64,000 nt of DNA from Candidatus Sericytochromatia bacterium (GTDB lineage: Bacteria; Cyanobacteriota; Sericytochromatia; UBA7694). The stretch lies in NCBI GenBank assembly GCA_964229355.1, contig CAXRDE010000019.1, positions 389,557-453,556 on the forward strand, read 5' to 3'. The translations under genes were made by a program, and so were the position numbers. The notes under the pieces were generated by a model that searched no databases, was not told the origin of the DNA, and saw only the letters and a program-made list of their open reading frames with translations. The first letter of the stretch is position 1, and the number at the start of each line of letters is the position of its first letter. This document shows, piece after piece, positions 30,931 to 40,218 of this stretch.

Positions 30931-32215
30931 TCGTCTTCTGCTGTCTCGAACCCCTTTGCTCTGGGTTCTGGTCTTTTGTTTTGGCCTGAATACCGCTGCT
31001 GGGGCTCAACCGCTCACCTACCAACCTTTGCCTGAAAGTTTTAATGAGGCCTTACAGCGCAGCCCCCTTCAGGTGGCCTTTACCCGTACTCCAGCGCAGC
31101 TGCAAAGTCCCGTACTGCCCGAAACCTATCGCCTGGACAGTGAAGACCAACTCACCCTTGACCTACAAAGTCCCCGTATCGCGCAAACCCATGCGGTAAC
31201 GGTGAACGAACAGGGGTTTGTCTTTATTCCCCGTCTGGGAACCCTTTTTGTCAAAGGCTTAACCCGAGAGGCGCTGGCGGCGCAGATTCAGCAACAGGTG
31301 CAGCAGCGCTTTGGTGACAGCAGTTTGCGGGTCAGCGTTTTTTTGCGACAGCCACGCCCGATCCAGGTTTTGGTGAGCGGTCAGGTGGCCCGTCCGGGGT
31401 ATCATCGGGTGCCCCAGGGAACGCCGGTGTTAGAGCTCTTGCGTACGGCGGGTGGGGTGTTGGATACAGGCTCGGTGATGGCGGTGCAATGGCAGCGGTC
31501 AACGGCGACCCGGAGCTTAAATCTCTGGCGCTTCTATGAACAGGGCAAAACCGATGAAAACCCCATGTTACAGGCGAGAGACCATGTCCATGTTCCGCCC
31601 ATGCCCTACCGTATGATGGCGCTGGGGGCTTTTAGCCAACCCGGTGTGTATGAAATTTCCACACCGCGTGTTTCGGTGCAGGATTTTGTGACCATGGCGG
31701 GCGGGGTAAAACCCAATGCCTCTCGGCTGTGGCATTGGCCACAGTTGCTGCAGGCCGGGCAGGGGCAGGGGGCCATGGCCGTGACGGCGACGTCAATGTT
31801 AGCGGCTGAAGATGTGCTCTATGCGCCACCTCAGCAGGTGGCGCAAGTGTCACGCTCGGTGTTGGTTCAGGGCATGGTTAAGCAACCTGGCTCACGGCCC
31901 TGGCAGCAAGGACAGCGTGTTTTAGACCTTTTAGAGCAAACCGGTGGGGCACAACCCAATGCCGATTTGAGCCAGGTACAATTGAGCCGTTATGAGGCCA
32001 GTACAGGGCAACGTACAACCCAGATCATTAACGTACAGGCTTATTTAAACGGTGCTGACCCCGATCTTCATAACCCTGTGTTGGCGGCTGGAGACGTCAT
32101 TACCGTGCCCGAAAATTTCTTCAATATCCGCAATATCAGCGAATTGACCACGTTGTTGATCAGTGCGTTAGGGATTGTCTCTGTCATTATTAACCTGAGT
32201 GCCGGGGGCAATTAG
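30890..32215 (+). CDS. Polysaccharide export protein (Wza/Poly_export + SLBB family)
   Basis: Signal peptide. Poly_export-like TVNEQGFVFIPRLGTLFVKGLTREAL. Repeated SLBB-like units. C-terminal TM helix. Start ambiguous (ATG 30890, GTG 30908, TTG 30920). Confidence 0.7.
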   Translation: MVKPYPVNIFLKASRLLLSRTPLLWVLVFCFGLNTAAGAQPLTYQPLPESFNEALQRSPLQVAFTRTPAQLQSPVLPETYRLDSEDQLTLDLQSPRIAQTHAVTVNEQGFVFIPRLGTLFVKGLTREALAAQIQQQVQQRFGDSSLRVSVFLRQPRPIQVLVSGQVARPGYHRVPQGTPVLELLRTAGGVLDTGSVMAVQWQRSTATRSLNLWRFYEQGKTDENPMLQARDHVHVPPMPYRMMALGAFSQPGVYEISTPRVSVQDFVTMAGGVKPNASRLWHWPQLLQAGQGQGAMAVTATSMLAAEDVLYAPPQQVAQVSRSVLVQGMVKQPGSRPWQQGQRVLDLLEQTGGAQPNADLSQVQLSRYEASTGQRTTQIINVQAYLNGADPDLHNPVLAAGDVITVPENFFNIRNISELTTLLISALGIVSVIINLSAGGN

Positions 32216-32218
32216 ACC

Positions 32219-33433
32219 ATGGATTTACAAGCGGTCTGGAGGATTTTGCGCGCTTACCGTTGGTTCTTGGCCCTGGGTACCTTGAGCGGTGTGCTGGTCA
32301 CGGCCGGCTTGCTCTGGTTTGTGGTGACGCCCATGTACCGTGCAGAAACCAGTCTATTGCTCTTGAAAAACAGTCCCGGTGGGGTGAGTGCTTTGTTGCG
32401 ACAGTTAGAGGGCAGCTTAGACATGTTGGGCTCTTTGCAAAATTTAGGCATTCAAGCCAATCGTTCGGTCCAGGAAGACGTGATGAGTTTATTAAAAAGC
32501 CGCCGTTTGACCCAGTCGGTACAGGCGCAATTGCCTTTGCGCGCGCTGCCTGAGTTTCAGCGCGAACTTGAATTGTCTGCTCAACAAGAAGCTCAGTGGA
32601 GCGAAGAGACCCGAGAGCGTTTTTATCAGCATCAGGTTACCGAGCGCTTGCAAGAGCTGGTGCGCATTCTCCCGCCTGATGCCCGACATCACACCCTGCG
32701 CATTCAGGCTGAATTGAGTGACCCTGAACTATCGGCCCGGCTTGTGAACACCTACGTGAGTGATTTACACCGCCTCATGGAAGAGATTCTCAATCAGGAA
32801 GAAAATGAGCAATTGCAGTATCTAAAGGCCCAGACAGAGACCTTGCAAAAAGAGCTAACAACGGCGGAAAACGACCTGTTGGCCTTCCAGCAAAAACACC
32901 ATACGGTGGTGCTAGAAGAAGAAGTCAAACAACGTATTAAAGCGCTGGCTGAACTTGAAGCGCAGGCCCTGAGTGCCGAGGCGGCTTTTAAAGATGCGCA
33001 GGCCCGTCAGCAGGCGCTACAGGGATCTGTTGCAGAACTGTCTCCTGAAAGTACCCTGACCCGCAATAGCTTAGAATTAGATATCGCGGGCCTGCAGCAG
33101 CGTCGCCGCAGTCTGCAGCAGGCTCAGAATGCTTATACGGCCAGCTTACGTACCCTGCCCAGCCAGGGATTGGCTCTGGCCCGCTTGCAGCGTCAGGTGA
33201 GTTTGAAAAATCAGTTGTTTTTGCTTTTAAAGCAGCAAACCCAGGCCACCGAGCTGGATCAACAGCGACAGTTTAAGGCGTTTCGCGTGCTCGATGCGGC
33301 GGAAGTTCCCTTTGAACCGAGCCGCCCGGTTAAGCCTTTATGGCTGGCTGTTTCTTGTGTTCTGTCCTTTTTTCTCTGCCTTTTGCTAAGCTTGATCCAT
33401 CACAATAACCGTCTCCAAAAGGCTGTGTTATGA
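32219..33433 (+). CDS. Polysaccharide co-polymerase (Wzz/GumC-like chain-length determinant) without kinase domain
   Basis: TM helices at both ends flanking a ~300-aa coiled-coil periplasmic region. No Walker motifs. Confidence 0.6.
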   Translation: MDLQAVWRILRAYRWFLALGTLSGVLVTAGLLWFVVTPMYRAETSLLLLKNSPGGVSALLRQLEGSLDMLGSLQNLGIQANRSVQEDVMSLLKSRRLTQSVQAQLPLRALPEFQRELELSAQQEAQWSEETRERFYQHQVTERLQELVRILPPDARHHTLRIQAELSDPELSARLVNTYVSDLHRLMEEILNQEENEQLQYLKAQTETLQKELTTAENDLLAFQQKHHTVVLEEEVKQRIKALAELEAQALSAEAAFKDAQARQQALQGSVAELSPESTLTRNSLELDIAGLQQRRRSLQQAQNAYTASLRTLPSQGLALARLQRQVSLKNQLFLLLKQQTQATELDQQRQFKAFRVLDAAEVPFEPSRPVKPLWLAVSCVLSFFLCLLLSLIHHNNRLQKAVL

Positions 33434-33460
33434 TGTAGACCAACATGGAGGACAAGTCAG

Positions 33461-33877
33461 ATGATACAGCGTGTCTTTAGCGGTGGATTGCTTGTGTTTG
33501 TGTGCAGCCTGTGCTTATGGGCCTGTGCAGGTCCTGAGACCCGTGCGCAGAACGCATTTCAAACCGACATGCAAAGAGCACATGTTGCCCTGGTGGATGT
33601 GCAAGGTCTGGTAAACTCCAATAAATTTGCCAAGGTGCGCTACACAGAACGGGTTAACCGGATGGTGCCCATTGCACAGCAAGCGCTGAAAAAATACCAG
33701 GGCACTGAAAAAGAGTCTGATCCCACCTATCAGAGTTTAAAAAAAGCCTTTGAGCATTACGTAATGGCCGATCACCTCTGGAAGCAAGACAAAGGTTTGG
33801 TCATTGTCAACAAACGCTTAGCCGATGCGGACCAGGAGCTCGCCCGTGCAGCCCGGTCGATGAAGGAGCCTGAATAA
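33461..33877 (+). CDS. Small lipoprotein, hypothetical
   Basis: Signal plus LWAC lipobox. Confidence 0.45.
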   Translation: MIQRVFSGGLLVFVCSLCLWACAGPETRAQNAFQTDMQRAHVALVDVQGLVNSNKFAKVRYTERVNRMVPIAQQALKKYQGTEKESDPTYQSLKKAFEHYVMADHLWKQDKGLVIVNKRLADADQELARAARSMKEPE

Positions 33878-34791
33878 TGTCTGTGTCATTACCCCCTGCG
33901 GTCACTCTGGTGGAGGTGGGACCGCGAGATGGTTTGCAAAATGAAAGTCAGGTGTTGCCAACGCAGGACAAAATTAAAATGATTGATCAGCTCTCTGAGA
34001 GCGGTCTAAAGTACATTGAAATTGGTTCTTTTGTCAGACCCGACCGTATTCCTCCTTTGGCAGATACCGACGTGGTTGCTGCGGGCATTCAGCGCAAACC
34101 AGGAGTGACTTATGCTGCTCTGGTTCCCAATATTAAAGGCTTAGAGCGGGCTGTAGCGGCTCAACTGGATGAGATTGCTATTTTTATGTCCGCCACCAAT
34201 GCCCACAATTTAAAAAACACCAACCGCACCACTGCTGAGGCCCTGGCGATGTACCCTGAGCTCGTGCAAGCAGCGCGTGAACAGGGCTTGAAAGTAAGGG
34301 CTTATTTGTCCACGGTATTTGGCTGTCCTTATGAAGGGGATGTGGCGGTAGAAACGGTGGCACCGTTGGTTCATGCCTTGCTCGACATGGGGGTGTATCA
34401 GGTGTCATTGGGAGATACCATTGGCGTCACCAATCCTGTGGCGGTACAGCATGTGCTGTCTCACTTATTGACGGACTTACAACCCGAACAATTGGCCCTG
34501 CATTTTCACGATACCCGTGGAACGGCGTTGGCCAATATTCTTGCGGGTTTGCAAATGGGCATTACCACCTTTGATGCCTCTGTGGGCGGATTGGGCGGTT
34601 GCCCATATGCCCCCGGTGCCGCAGGCAATATGTCGACGGAAGACCTGGTGTACATGTTGCAGGGGATGGGGGTTGAAACCGGTGTGAGCCTGGATCGCCT
34701 GGTGAGTGTGAACCATTATCTGGCGGAGCGTTTTAACCGGCAATTGATGAGTAAATATGCCCTGACCCGGCCGGGTGCAGAGATTAAGTAA
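33877..34791 (+). CDS. Hydroxymethylglutaryl-CoA lyase
   Basis: VEVGPRDGLQNE N-terminal motif. DRE-TIM-type barrel signatures. Confidence 0.85.
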   Translation: MSVSLPPAVTLVEVGPRDGLQNESQVLPTQDKIKMIDQLSESGLKYIEIGSFVRPDRIPPLADTDVVAAGIQRKPGVTYAALVPNIKGLERAVAAQLDEIAIFMSATNAHNLKNTNRTTAEALAMYPELVQAAREQGLKVRAYLSTVFGCPYEGDVAVETVAPLVHALLDMGVYQVSLGDTIGVTNPVAVQHVLSHLLTDLQPEQLALHFHDTRGTALANILAGLQMGITTFDASVGGLGGCPYAPGAAGNMSTEDLVYMLQGMGVETGVSLDRLVSVNHYLAERFNRQLMSKYALTRPGAEIK

Positions 34792-34871
34792 CACATTTTT
34801 GTTGCAAAAATGTTGATTTATAGAGATATGTTGTGTTTATATAAAGAAACTACACCATAAGGATCCGCATC

Positions 34872-35066
34872 ATGTCTCAACTGCTTTTGCCCCGCTTATC
34901 TGAAGAGCGCTTCGCGGCACTGCAAGCCCAATGTCATCTGTCTGCCGAGGCCATTGATCATCTGGTGGCTGAGCTGCATGAGGCAGAAGCTGTCCATTCA
35001 CCCCTCACGTCAGAGACCCCCGCTGCGCAAGATCTACGAGCTACGCAAGAGGATGCCAGCCTGTAA
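34872..35066 (+). CDS. Small acidic helical ORF (64 aa, single Cys), unknown
   Basis: AAGGA-like RBS 9 nt upstream. Convergent with a 33-nt overlap on the DUF2063-like gene. Confidence 0.3.
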   Translation: MSQLLLPRLSEERFAALQAQCHLSAEAIDHLVAELHEAEAVHSPLTSETPAAQDLRATQEDASL

Positions 35067-35798
35067 AAATGCTTGTGCTGCACGAATGAGCGTTTCTGCA
35101 TCTCGTTGTGCATCGCTCTCAGGGTGTTTTTGAAGCACCTCAGCCACAAGGGTCTCCCAGGATTTTTCTCCCAGACATTGCAACAGGCACTCCGCCAGCA
35201 AAGGGCTGATTTTTTCAAGTCTCACGCCTTTAAACTCCTGGAGGAGTAAATAGGGGGTACTCGGATATAAAGGCCATTGTAAAAGGTCTTTCGCTTGCGT
35301 ATGGGGCTGCTGTAAAGCTGACCACACCAAAGGAAAATAAGGTCCCAGATAAACAACTCTGGCCCAGCTGGCCAATTGAGGACCCGCGCAGGCAGGAAAT
35401 ACCTGCGGTAATTGATAAAAACTCAGTGACTTGATGTGGGCTTCATAACGACACAGTTCTGCAAAGTGCAGGGTGCCTGCTTCAGAATAATCCGCCAAAA
35501 AACGCAATAATCTTACCTGTACTTGCTGTGTACTCTCATGGGCGCAGTGCTTATACACATCAAAAAAATCTAACAAAGCGGTATTCAACCGATCGGGCCG
35601 TGCGAGCTTTTTGACGCTGGGCGACAACTGTTGGTAGAAGTACACCAGGGTCTGTTCTTGCATCGATTGACGCATGGGTTGAGCCTCATGCCAGTTTTGC
35701 AAATGGCCCTTTTCGTGTTCAGAGAGAGAACTTGACAGCGTAGACGGATTTGAAAATAGGGCATTGAGCCAGCTGTTTTGGTACTGTTTTAAGCTCAT
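35034..35798 (-). CDS. DUF2063-like protein (MbnC/BufC/TglI-type MNIO partner)
   Basis: 254 aa. N-terminus LKQYQNSWLNALFSNPS, an internal motif TLVYFYQQL (vYrnn-like), C-terminus AFLQAGILL, as remembered for DUF2063. Start abuts the stop of the upstream MNIO-fusion gene. Confidence 0.5.
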   Translation of the reverse strand: MSLKQYQNSWLNALFSNPSTLSSSLSEHEKGHLQNWHEAQPMRQSMQEQTLVYFYQQLSPSVKKLARPDRLNTALLDFFDVYKHCAHESTQQVQVRLLRFLADYSEAGTLHFAELCRYEAHIKSLSFYQLPQVFPACAGPQLASWARVVYLGPYFPLVWSALQQPHTQAKDLLQWPLYPSTPYLLLQEFKGVRLEKISPLLAECLLQCLGEKSWETLVAEVLQKHPESDAQRDAETLIRAAQAFLQAGILLRSS

Positions 35799-37180
35799 CA
35801 GGTGACCTGCTTTATAAACTGTTGGTGTAGGGGCTCGAGTATTTTCAGATCTGCTTCTGAGTGGGGACCTGGTGTGTAACTCAGCATTTGTAGGGGAAAG
35901 CGCTGCAAGATCGTCTGGGCTAACTGGGCAATACGGGGGGTGTGGAGGCGGGTCGGCTTTTCGATATGCAAGGCAACCACATGGGCGGTGGGGAGTTTAT
36001 CGAGATACGCTTCGGGTGTCATGTAAAAGGCGCTGGCATTGACCAGCAAGGTGTCTAAAGACAGAGACAACAGGCATTGGGCTTCTTCGGCAATATGTTT
36101 TAGAAAGGTGGCTTCGTCCATTTCATAGCTTTTGGGTGGCACACGATAGGCCACCGGCTCTAAAATAGGAATCACGCCCAGGTTCTGACGGAGTGTTTTG
36201 AGTTGGCTTTTCACGTGCTCGAGGGCTTCTTCACCGGGTAAGAGGGCATGTAAAAATGGACTCCCATTGTTTTCGGTATAGCGAAAACCCAGTCCCATTT
36301 TAAGCCAATTGGTATTTAAGCGCTGGATAAGACGGTGCAAATGAGAGCGAATATTTTCAGGGGGCGGTGTGGTACTGGCCAGAGATAACTGTTGACTGTA
36401 CATGCCCAAAGGTTTTTTTTGGGATAGGTGCAGCAGAAGACTGTCAAAGCTCAGGGGTTCAAGGTGGGCAGCAGGCAGCTCCAAATAGTCCACCTGGGGG
36501 ATATTAACAATCGTTTGCGGATCCTGGCTCGTGTGGTGCCTCACGGCAAAACCGGCCGGAGTCAGGGGTTGAAAAGGAGATTGCGAGTGGATTTGAAAGG
36601 GTTTTTGCAGAATGCGCTGCTCTACCTGATGCGGCGCCTGGGGATCCAGATTACGCACCTGGGCTTTGCCCTGAAAAGCCCAGAGGGTTTGCCAATCCGC
36701 AAAGCGCTTTGTGAACTCTTCTGGGCTAAAAACCCCCGTGGGGCGTGGCGAGATTTGGTTGCTGGTGCGGGCTAATTTTTCGTGGGCCCAGACGTCTTCG
36801 GGTGAAAGACCTGAAACAATGAAAAAACCACCGGGTTTAAGGGCTGACTTTAAGCGGCCGATAATGCGGGCCCGTTCCCCATTGGGAATAAAGGGAAAGA
36901 CGTTGAGACCCAAAATGAGTCCGTAGGTGTCCCGCTGCATGCGAAACCCGCGAATATCCTGGTGTAACCAGGTAATGTTGGGATGGGGATAGCGCTGCTG
37001 TGCCTCGGTGACACATTGTTGATCCACGTCTAAGGCCGTGACATGAAAGCCGTACTCGGCCAAATGATGGGTTAACTCGCCCCTGCCAAAGCCAATGTCG
37101 CACACATGGAGATGAGGAATCCAGGGCAATAAACGCAAGAGGTCACTCAGGTGCAGTTGTCGGCTCGAGAAGACGCTCAT
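35798..37180 (-). CDS. Fusion of class-I SAM-dependent methyltransferase (N-terminal) with a DUF692 / MNIO-like TIM-barrel domain (C-terminal)
   Basis: MTase motif I VCDIGFGRGELTHHLAEYG with acidic post-I HVTALDVD. C-terminal ~250 aa carry DUF692-like blocks (QVDYLELPAAH, LGMYSQQLSLAS, LLPGEEALEHV…LGVIPILEPVAYR, CLLSLSLDTLLVNASAF, HVVALHIEKP). Several expected metal ligands appear substituted. Confidence 0.6.
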   Translation of the reverse strand: MSVFSSRQLHLSDLLRLLPWIPHLHVCDIGFGRGELTHHLAEYGFHVTALDVDQQCVTEAQQRYPHPNITWLHQDIRGFRMQRDTYGLILGLNVFPFIPNGERARIIGRLKSALKPGGFFIVSGLSPEDVWAHEKLARTSNQISPRPTGVFSPEEFTKRFADWQTLWAFQGKAQVRNLDPQAPHQVEQRILQKPFQIHSQSPFQPLTPAGFAVRHHTSQDPQTIVNIPQVDYLELPAAHLEPLSFDSLLLHLSQKKPLGMYSQQLSLASTTPPPENIRSHLHRLIQRLNTNWLKMGLGFRYTENNGSPFLHALLPGEEALEHVKSQLKTLRQNLGVIPILEPVAYRVPPKSYEMDEATFLKHIAEEAQCLLSLSLDTLLVNASAFYMTPEAYLDKLPTAHVVALHIEKPTRLHTPRIAQLAQTILQRFPLQMLSYTPGPHSEADLKILEPLHQQFIKQVT

Positions 37181-37215
37181 GGACGGTTCCTCATGGGAAA
37201 AAAGTCACAAAAAAA

Positions 37216-37287
37216 AGGCGATGGCCGGAATCGAACCGGCGAATAAAGCTTTTGCAGAGCTCGGCCTTACCACTTGGCTACATCGCC
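37216..37287 (-). tRNA. tRNA-Cys (anticodon GCA)
   Basis: Acceptor GGCGATG/CATCGCC with discriminator U73. Anticodon stem GAGCT/AGCTT, loop CTGCAAA. T-arm GGTTCGATTCC. No encoded CCA. Confidence 0.85.
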
Positions 37288-37354
37288 CTATCATCGCGTT
37301 ACGCCTGAGGGCGCGTTGCAATAGGATATGCAATTTAACATACTGTAAAGCCCT

Positions 37355-38299
37355 TTAGCAATGGTTTCGTAGAAAGCACTCAATAATTTCAAACACCTGA
37401 TCTGGCGGTAAAAAGCTGCGGGAGCCGTTGGGGCGACGCGGTGCGCCACCAATGCTGCTGCCCCCACCCCAACCCGGTTCAATATCGTTGAGATGCTCTA
37501 AAATGGCTGGAATATTAAAGTCTTTGATGAGGTCTGACTGTTTAGCAATGGTGTAAGAAAAAGAACGCTCCACATTGCCATCAGGCCCTGTGACTTCAAT
37601 TTCATGAAAAGAAACCACTTTGGCGTAACCGTCGCGGTATAAAGAGCCGAAGACCCGCTCAGGGCTATGGGTCATGACCCAACCTGAGCCCTCATGGGTG
37701 ATTTCATAGCGGCACCCGCGGTTGCGGGCATACTGTGGAATCGTATAGCGCTTATTGTGAAAGATGAGCTTATCGGTACGTTTGAGACACGCAAAGAGCA
37801 ATTGATAAAGATCCGCTGTGGCATAGGCATTTTCGCGGCGACACCGGCATTCAGGCTCCATGGCCCCTTTAAAAAAGCGCTGGCACAACTCTGAGTCACG
37901 CACGTAGGCAAAGTAAGAGGGGCCGTGAGCGTCTACGTTGGCCACATCCTCCACCAGATTGCGTACCCGCGGGTTATTGATGGCCGACGGATGGCGCAAG
38001 AGCCAGGTGGCGAGCACCGTGTCGGCGTCGATATCGTTTAAATAAACGGTCATATTTCCGGGATCGAGTCCCAGGATCAAGGCGTCCAAGACTTGTGCAC
38101 ACGTTGCTTTTGTCACCAGGCGAATACAGCCCGCATGGTGGTCAAAGCTGTATTTATGCGCTTTGACGTCGATGGCGGGTCCCTGGACATAGCCATCTAA
38201 AGCAATTGATCGAGGAGGCAGCTCCTCAAAGGGCACAATCTTGCCGCGTTTAATGATTATTTTCATGGCAAAGCCCGATGTTTTCTCAGATCTTAGCAT
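37355..38299 (-). CDS. Hypothetical Cys-rich protein (314 aa) ending in a C-terminal Cys
   Basis: No confident family. Contains FDHHAGC and NDIDADTV motifs (order not that of the DHH family). CRCRREN cluster. Gly-rich GWGGGSSIGG. Alternative start at 38266 (MKIIIKRGK). Confidence 0.5.
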   Translation of the reverse strand: MLRSEKTSGFAMKIIIKRGKIVPFEELPPRSIALDGYVQGPAIDVKAHKYSFDHHAGCIRLVTKATCAQVLDALILGLDPGNMTVYLNDIDADTVLATWLLRHPSAINNPRVRNLVEDVANVDAHGPSYFAYVRDSELCQRFFKGAMEPECRCRRENAYATADLYQLLFACLKRTDKLIFHNKRYTIPQYARNRGCRYEITHEGSGWVMTHSPERVFGSLYRDGYAKVVSFHEIEVTGPDGNVERSFSYTIAKQSDLIKDFNIPAILEHLNDIEPGWGGGSSIGGAPRRPNGSRSFLPPDQVFEIIECFLRNHC

Positions 38300-38421
38300 A
38301 AGATGGAAGCTTTTTGCGATTGTTCTCTGGTTACAGACCCAGAATCTTCAGAGATGTTAGACTGAACAGCAATATTTTAACATTGTGTGACGGAGAGTTA
38401 AATTTGAATATTATAGATGTG

Positions 38422-40104
38422 ATGGGCAACATTACTGCCTTCTTATGGGGCCCCTGGACCTTTTTTGTCTTGATGGGCTCGGGTATTTTATTCACCATTT
38501 GGAGTAAATTCGTTCAATTCCGGGCAGTGACCCATGGTATTGAAGTGGTACGCGGGGTGTATGATGATCCCGATGACCCTGGTGCGATCAACCATTTTCA
38601 GGCCCTTTCGGCTGCCCTTTCAGGGACCGTGGGCCTCGGCAATATTGGCGGTGTGGCGATGGCCATCGCCCTCGGTGGACCAGGTTCGCTCTTTTGGATG
38701 TGGGTGGTCGGCTTTTTAGGGATGGCCATTAAAACCGTTGAAGTGACATTGGCTTTGATGTACCGCAATATGGACGATCCCGACAACCCTCACGGGGGAG
38801 CCATGTGGGTTATCGATAAAACCCTGGGCAAATACAACGACTGGCGCAAGGGCCTGGCCCGCGTGCTGGCCGTCTTTTTCTGCTGTACCTTGCTTATTTC
38901 CAGCATGACGGGCGGCAATATGTTTCAGTCCTGGAACGTGGGCGAAATTTTGAATGTGTACTTTGGAGTGCCTCAAATTGCCACCGGAATTGTGCTTGCC
39001 ATTGTGGTGGGCATGGTGATTGTGGGCGGTATTAAGCGCATTGGCGATGTGGCAGGCAAAGTTGTGCCTCTGATGTGTGCCCTTTATGTCTTAGCGGGCT
39101 TAGCGGTATTGGCTGTCAATATTCAGGCCATTCCCTCGATGTTGGCCTTGATTGTTTCGAGCGCCTTTACCCCTGTGGCTGCAGGCGGTGCCTTTGTGGG
39201 GGTGACCATGTATGCCACCTTTGAAATTGGCTTACAGCGTGCGCTGTTTTCCAATGAAGCGGGTCAGGGTTCTGCGCCCATTGCTCACGCGGCGGCGAAA
39301 AGTCATGAAGCCACCCGTGAAGGGGTTGTGGCTGGTTTAGAGCCTCTGATTGATACCATTCTCATTTGTACCCTAACTGCACTGGTGATTTTGTGTACGG
39401 GTACCTGGAATCGCGATGCCATTGGTCAATTAAGTGGTCCTGCAGTGATGGCGCAAAATGCAGAAGGCAAAACAGTTTTGCAAGCCCCCAATCAGGTGTC
39501 AGACTTGCCGGAATTGGCCTCCTGGGAAAAATGGCAGCCCGGTTCTCAAATCTTTATGATGGTTGATGTGCCTGCTGAGGACGGCACCGTTAAGCGAGGC
39601 AAAATCTACGGCACCATCGTCGCGGGAGCCACCGCTGGCAAAGATATGGTGGAGTGGGGAGAGGTTCCCGAAGGTGCTCAGTGGGTGATGGTGGATGGTA
39701 AGCCGGACCAGAGCATTTACCGTAATTTTGTGGGAGCCAGTCTGACGGGCCATGCTTTTGACCGGGCCTTTCCGGGCCTGGGTAAATGGCTGATTACCGT
39801 CGCTGCCGTGCTTTTTGCGGTTTCCACGATGATCTCCTGGAGCTATTATGGTGAACAGGGCGTTATCTTTATCTTTGGAGGTAAAGGCATCCTCATTTAT
39901 AAGGCCATTTTCTTGTTGGGAACCCTGGCCGCGCCAGTGCTGATTACCACCGATAAAGAACTGGGCATTTTGGCGGATTTTGGTACGGGCTGGATGCTCT
40001 GGGCCAATATCCCCATTTTGCTGATTATGGGGCACCTTGCCATTCGTGAGATGAGTGGCTATTTTGCCAAACTGGATCGTGGCGAGTTCACCCGTCAGAA
40101 GTAA
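38422..40104 (+). CDS. Alanine/glycine:cation symporter (AGCS) family transporter
   Basis: ALSGTVGLGNIGGVAMAIALGGPGSLFWMW. The ORF opens at 38314; ATG at 38422 gives the typical N-terminus. Confidence 0.8.
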   Translation: MGNITAFLWGPWTFFVLMGSGILFTIWSKFVQFRAVTHGIEVVRGVYDDPDDPGAINHFQALSAALSGTVGLGNIGGVAMAIALGGPGSLFWMWVVGFLGMAIKTVEVTLALMYRNMDDPDNPHGGAMWVIDKTLGKYNDWRKGLARVLAVFFCCTLLISSMTGGNMFQSWNVGEILNVYFGVPQIATGIVLAIVVGMVIVGGIKRIGDVAGKVVPLMCALYVLAGLAVLAVNIQAIPSMLALIVSSAFTPVAAGGAFVGVTMYATFEIGLQRALFSNEAGQGSAPIAHAAAKSHEATREGVVAGLEPLIDTILICTLTALVILCTGTWNRDAIGQLSGPAVMAQNAEGKTVLQAPNQVSDLPELASWEKWQPGSQIFMMVDVPAEDGTVKRGKIYGTIVAGATAGKDMVEWGEVPEGAQWVMVDGKPDQSIYRNFVGASLTGHAFDRAFPGLGKWLITVAAVLFAVSTMISWSYYGEQGVIFIFGGKGILIYKAIFLLGTLAAPVLITTDKELGILADFGTGWMLWANIPILLIMGHLAIREMSGYFAKLDRGEFTRQK

Positions 40105-40218
40105 ATTCTGTGGGGTGTCATCCTGTCAAAAAAAAGCCCAGATACACAACGGTGTATCTGGGTTTGGCATTTGTGGAAGGAATTCCTTCGTTTAGAACAA
40201 AGTAAAACTATCGTAGGA

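Noticed and set aside
37180-37355. tRNA-Cys as an integration site for the MNIO operon (genomic islet)
   Set aside because: The operon lies immediately 3' of the tRNA, but I could not find a direct repeat of the tRNA 3' end or any integrase. Not claimed as a mobile element.
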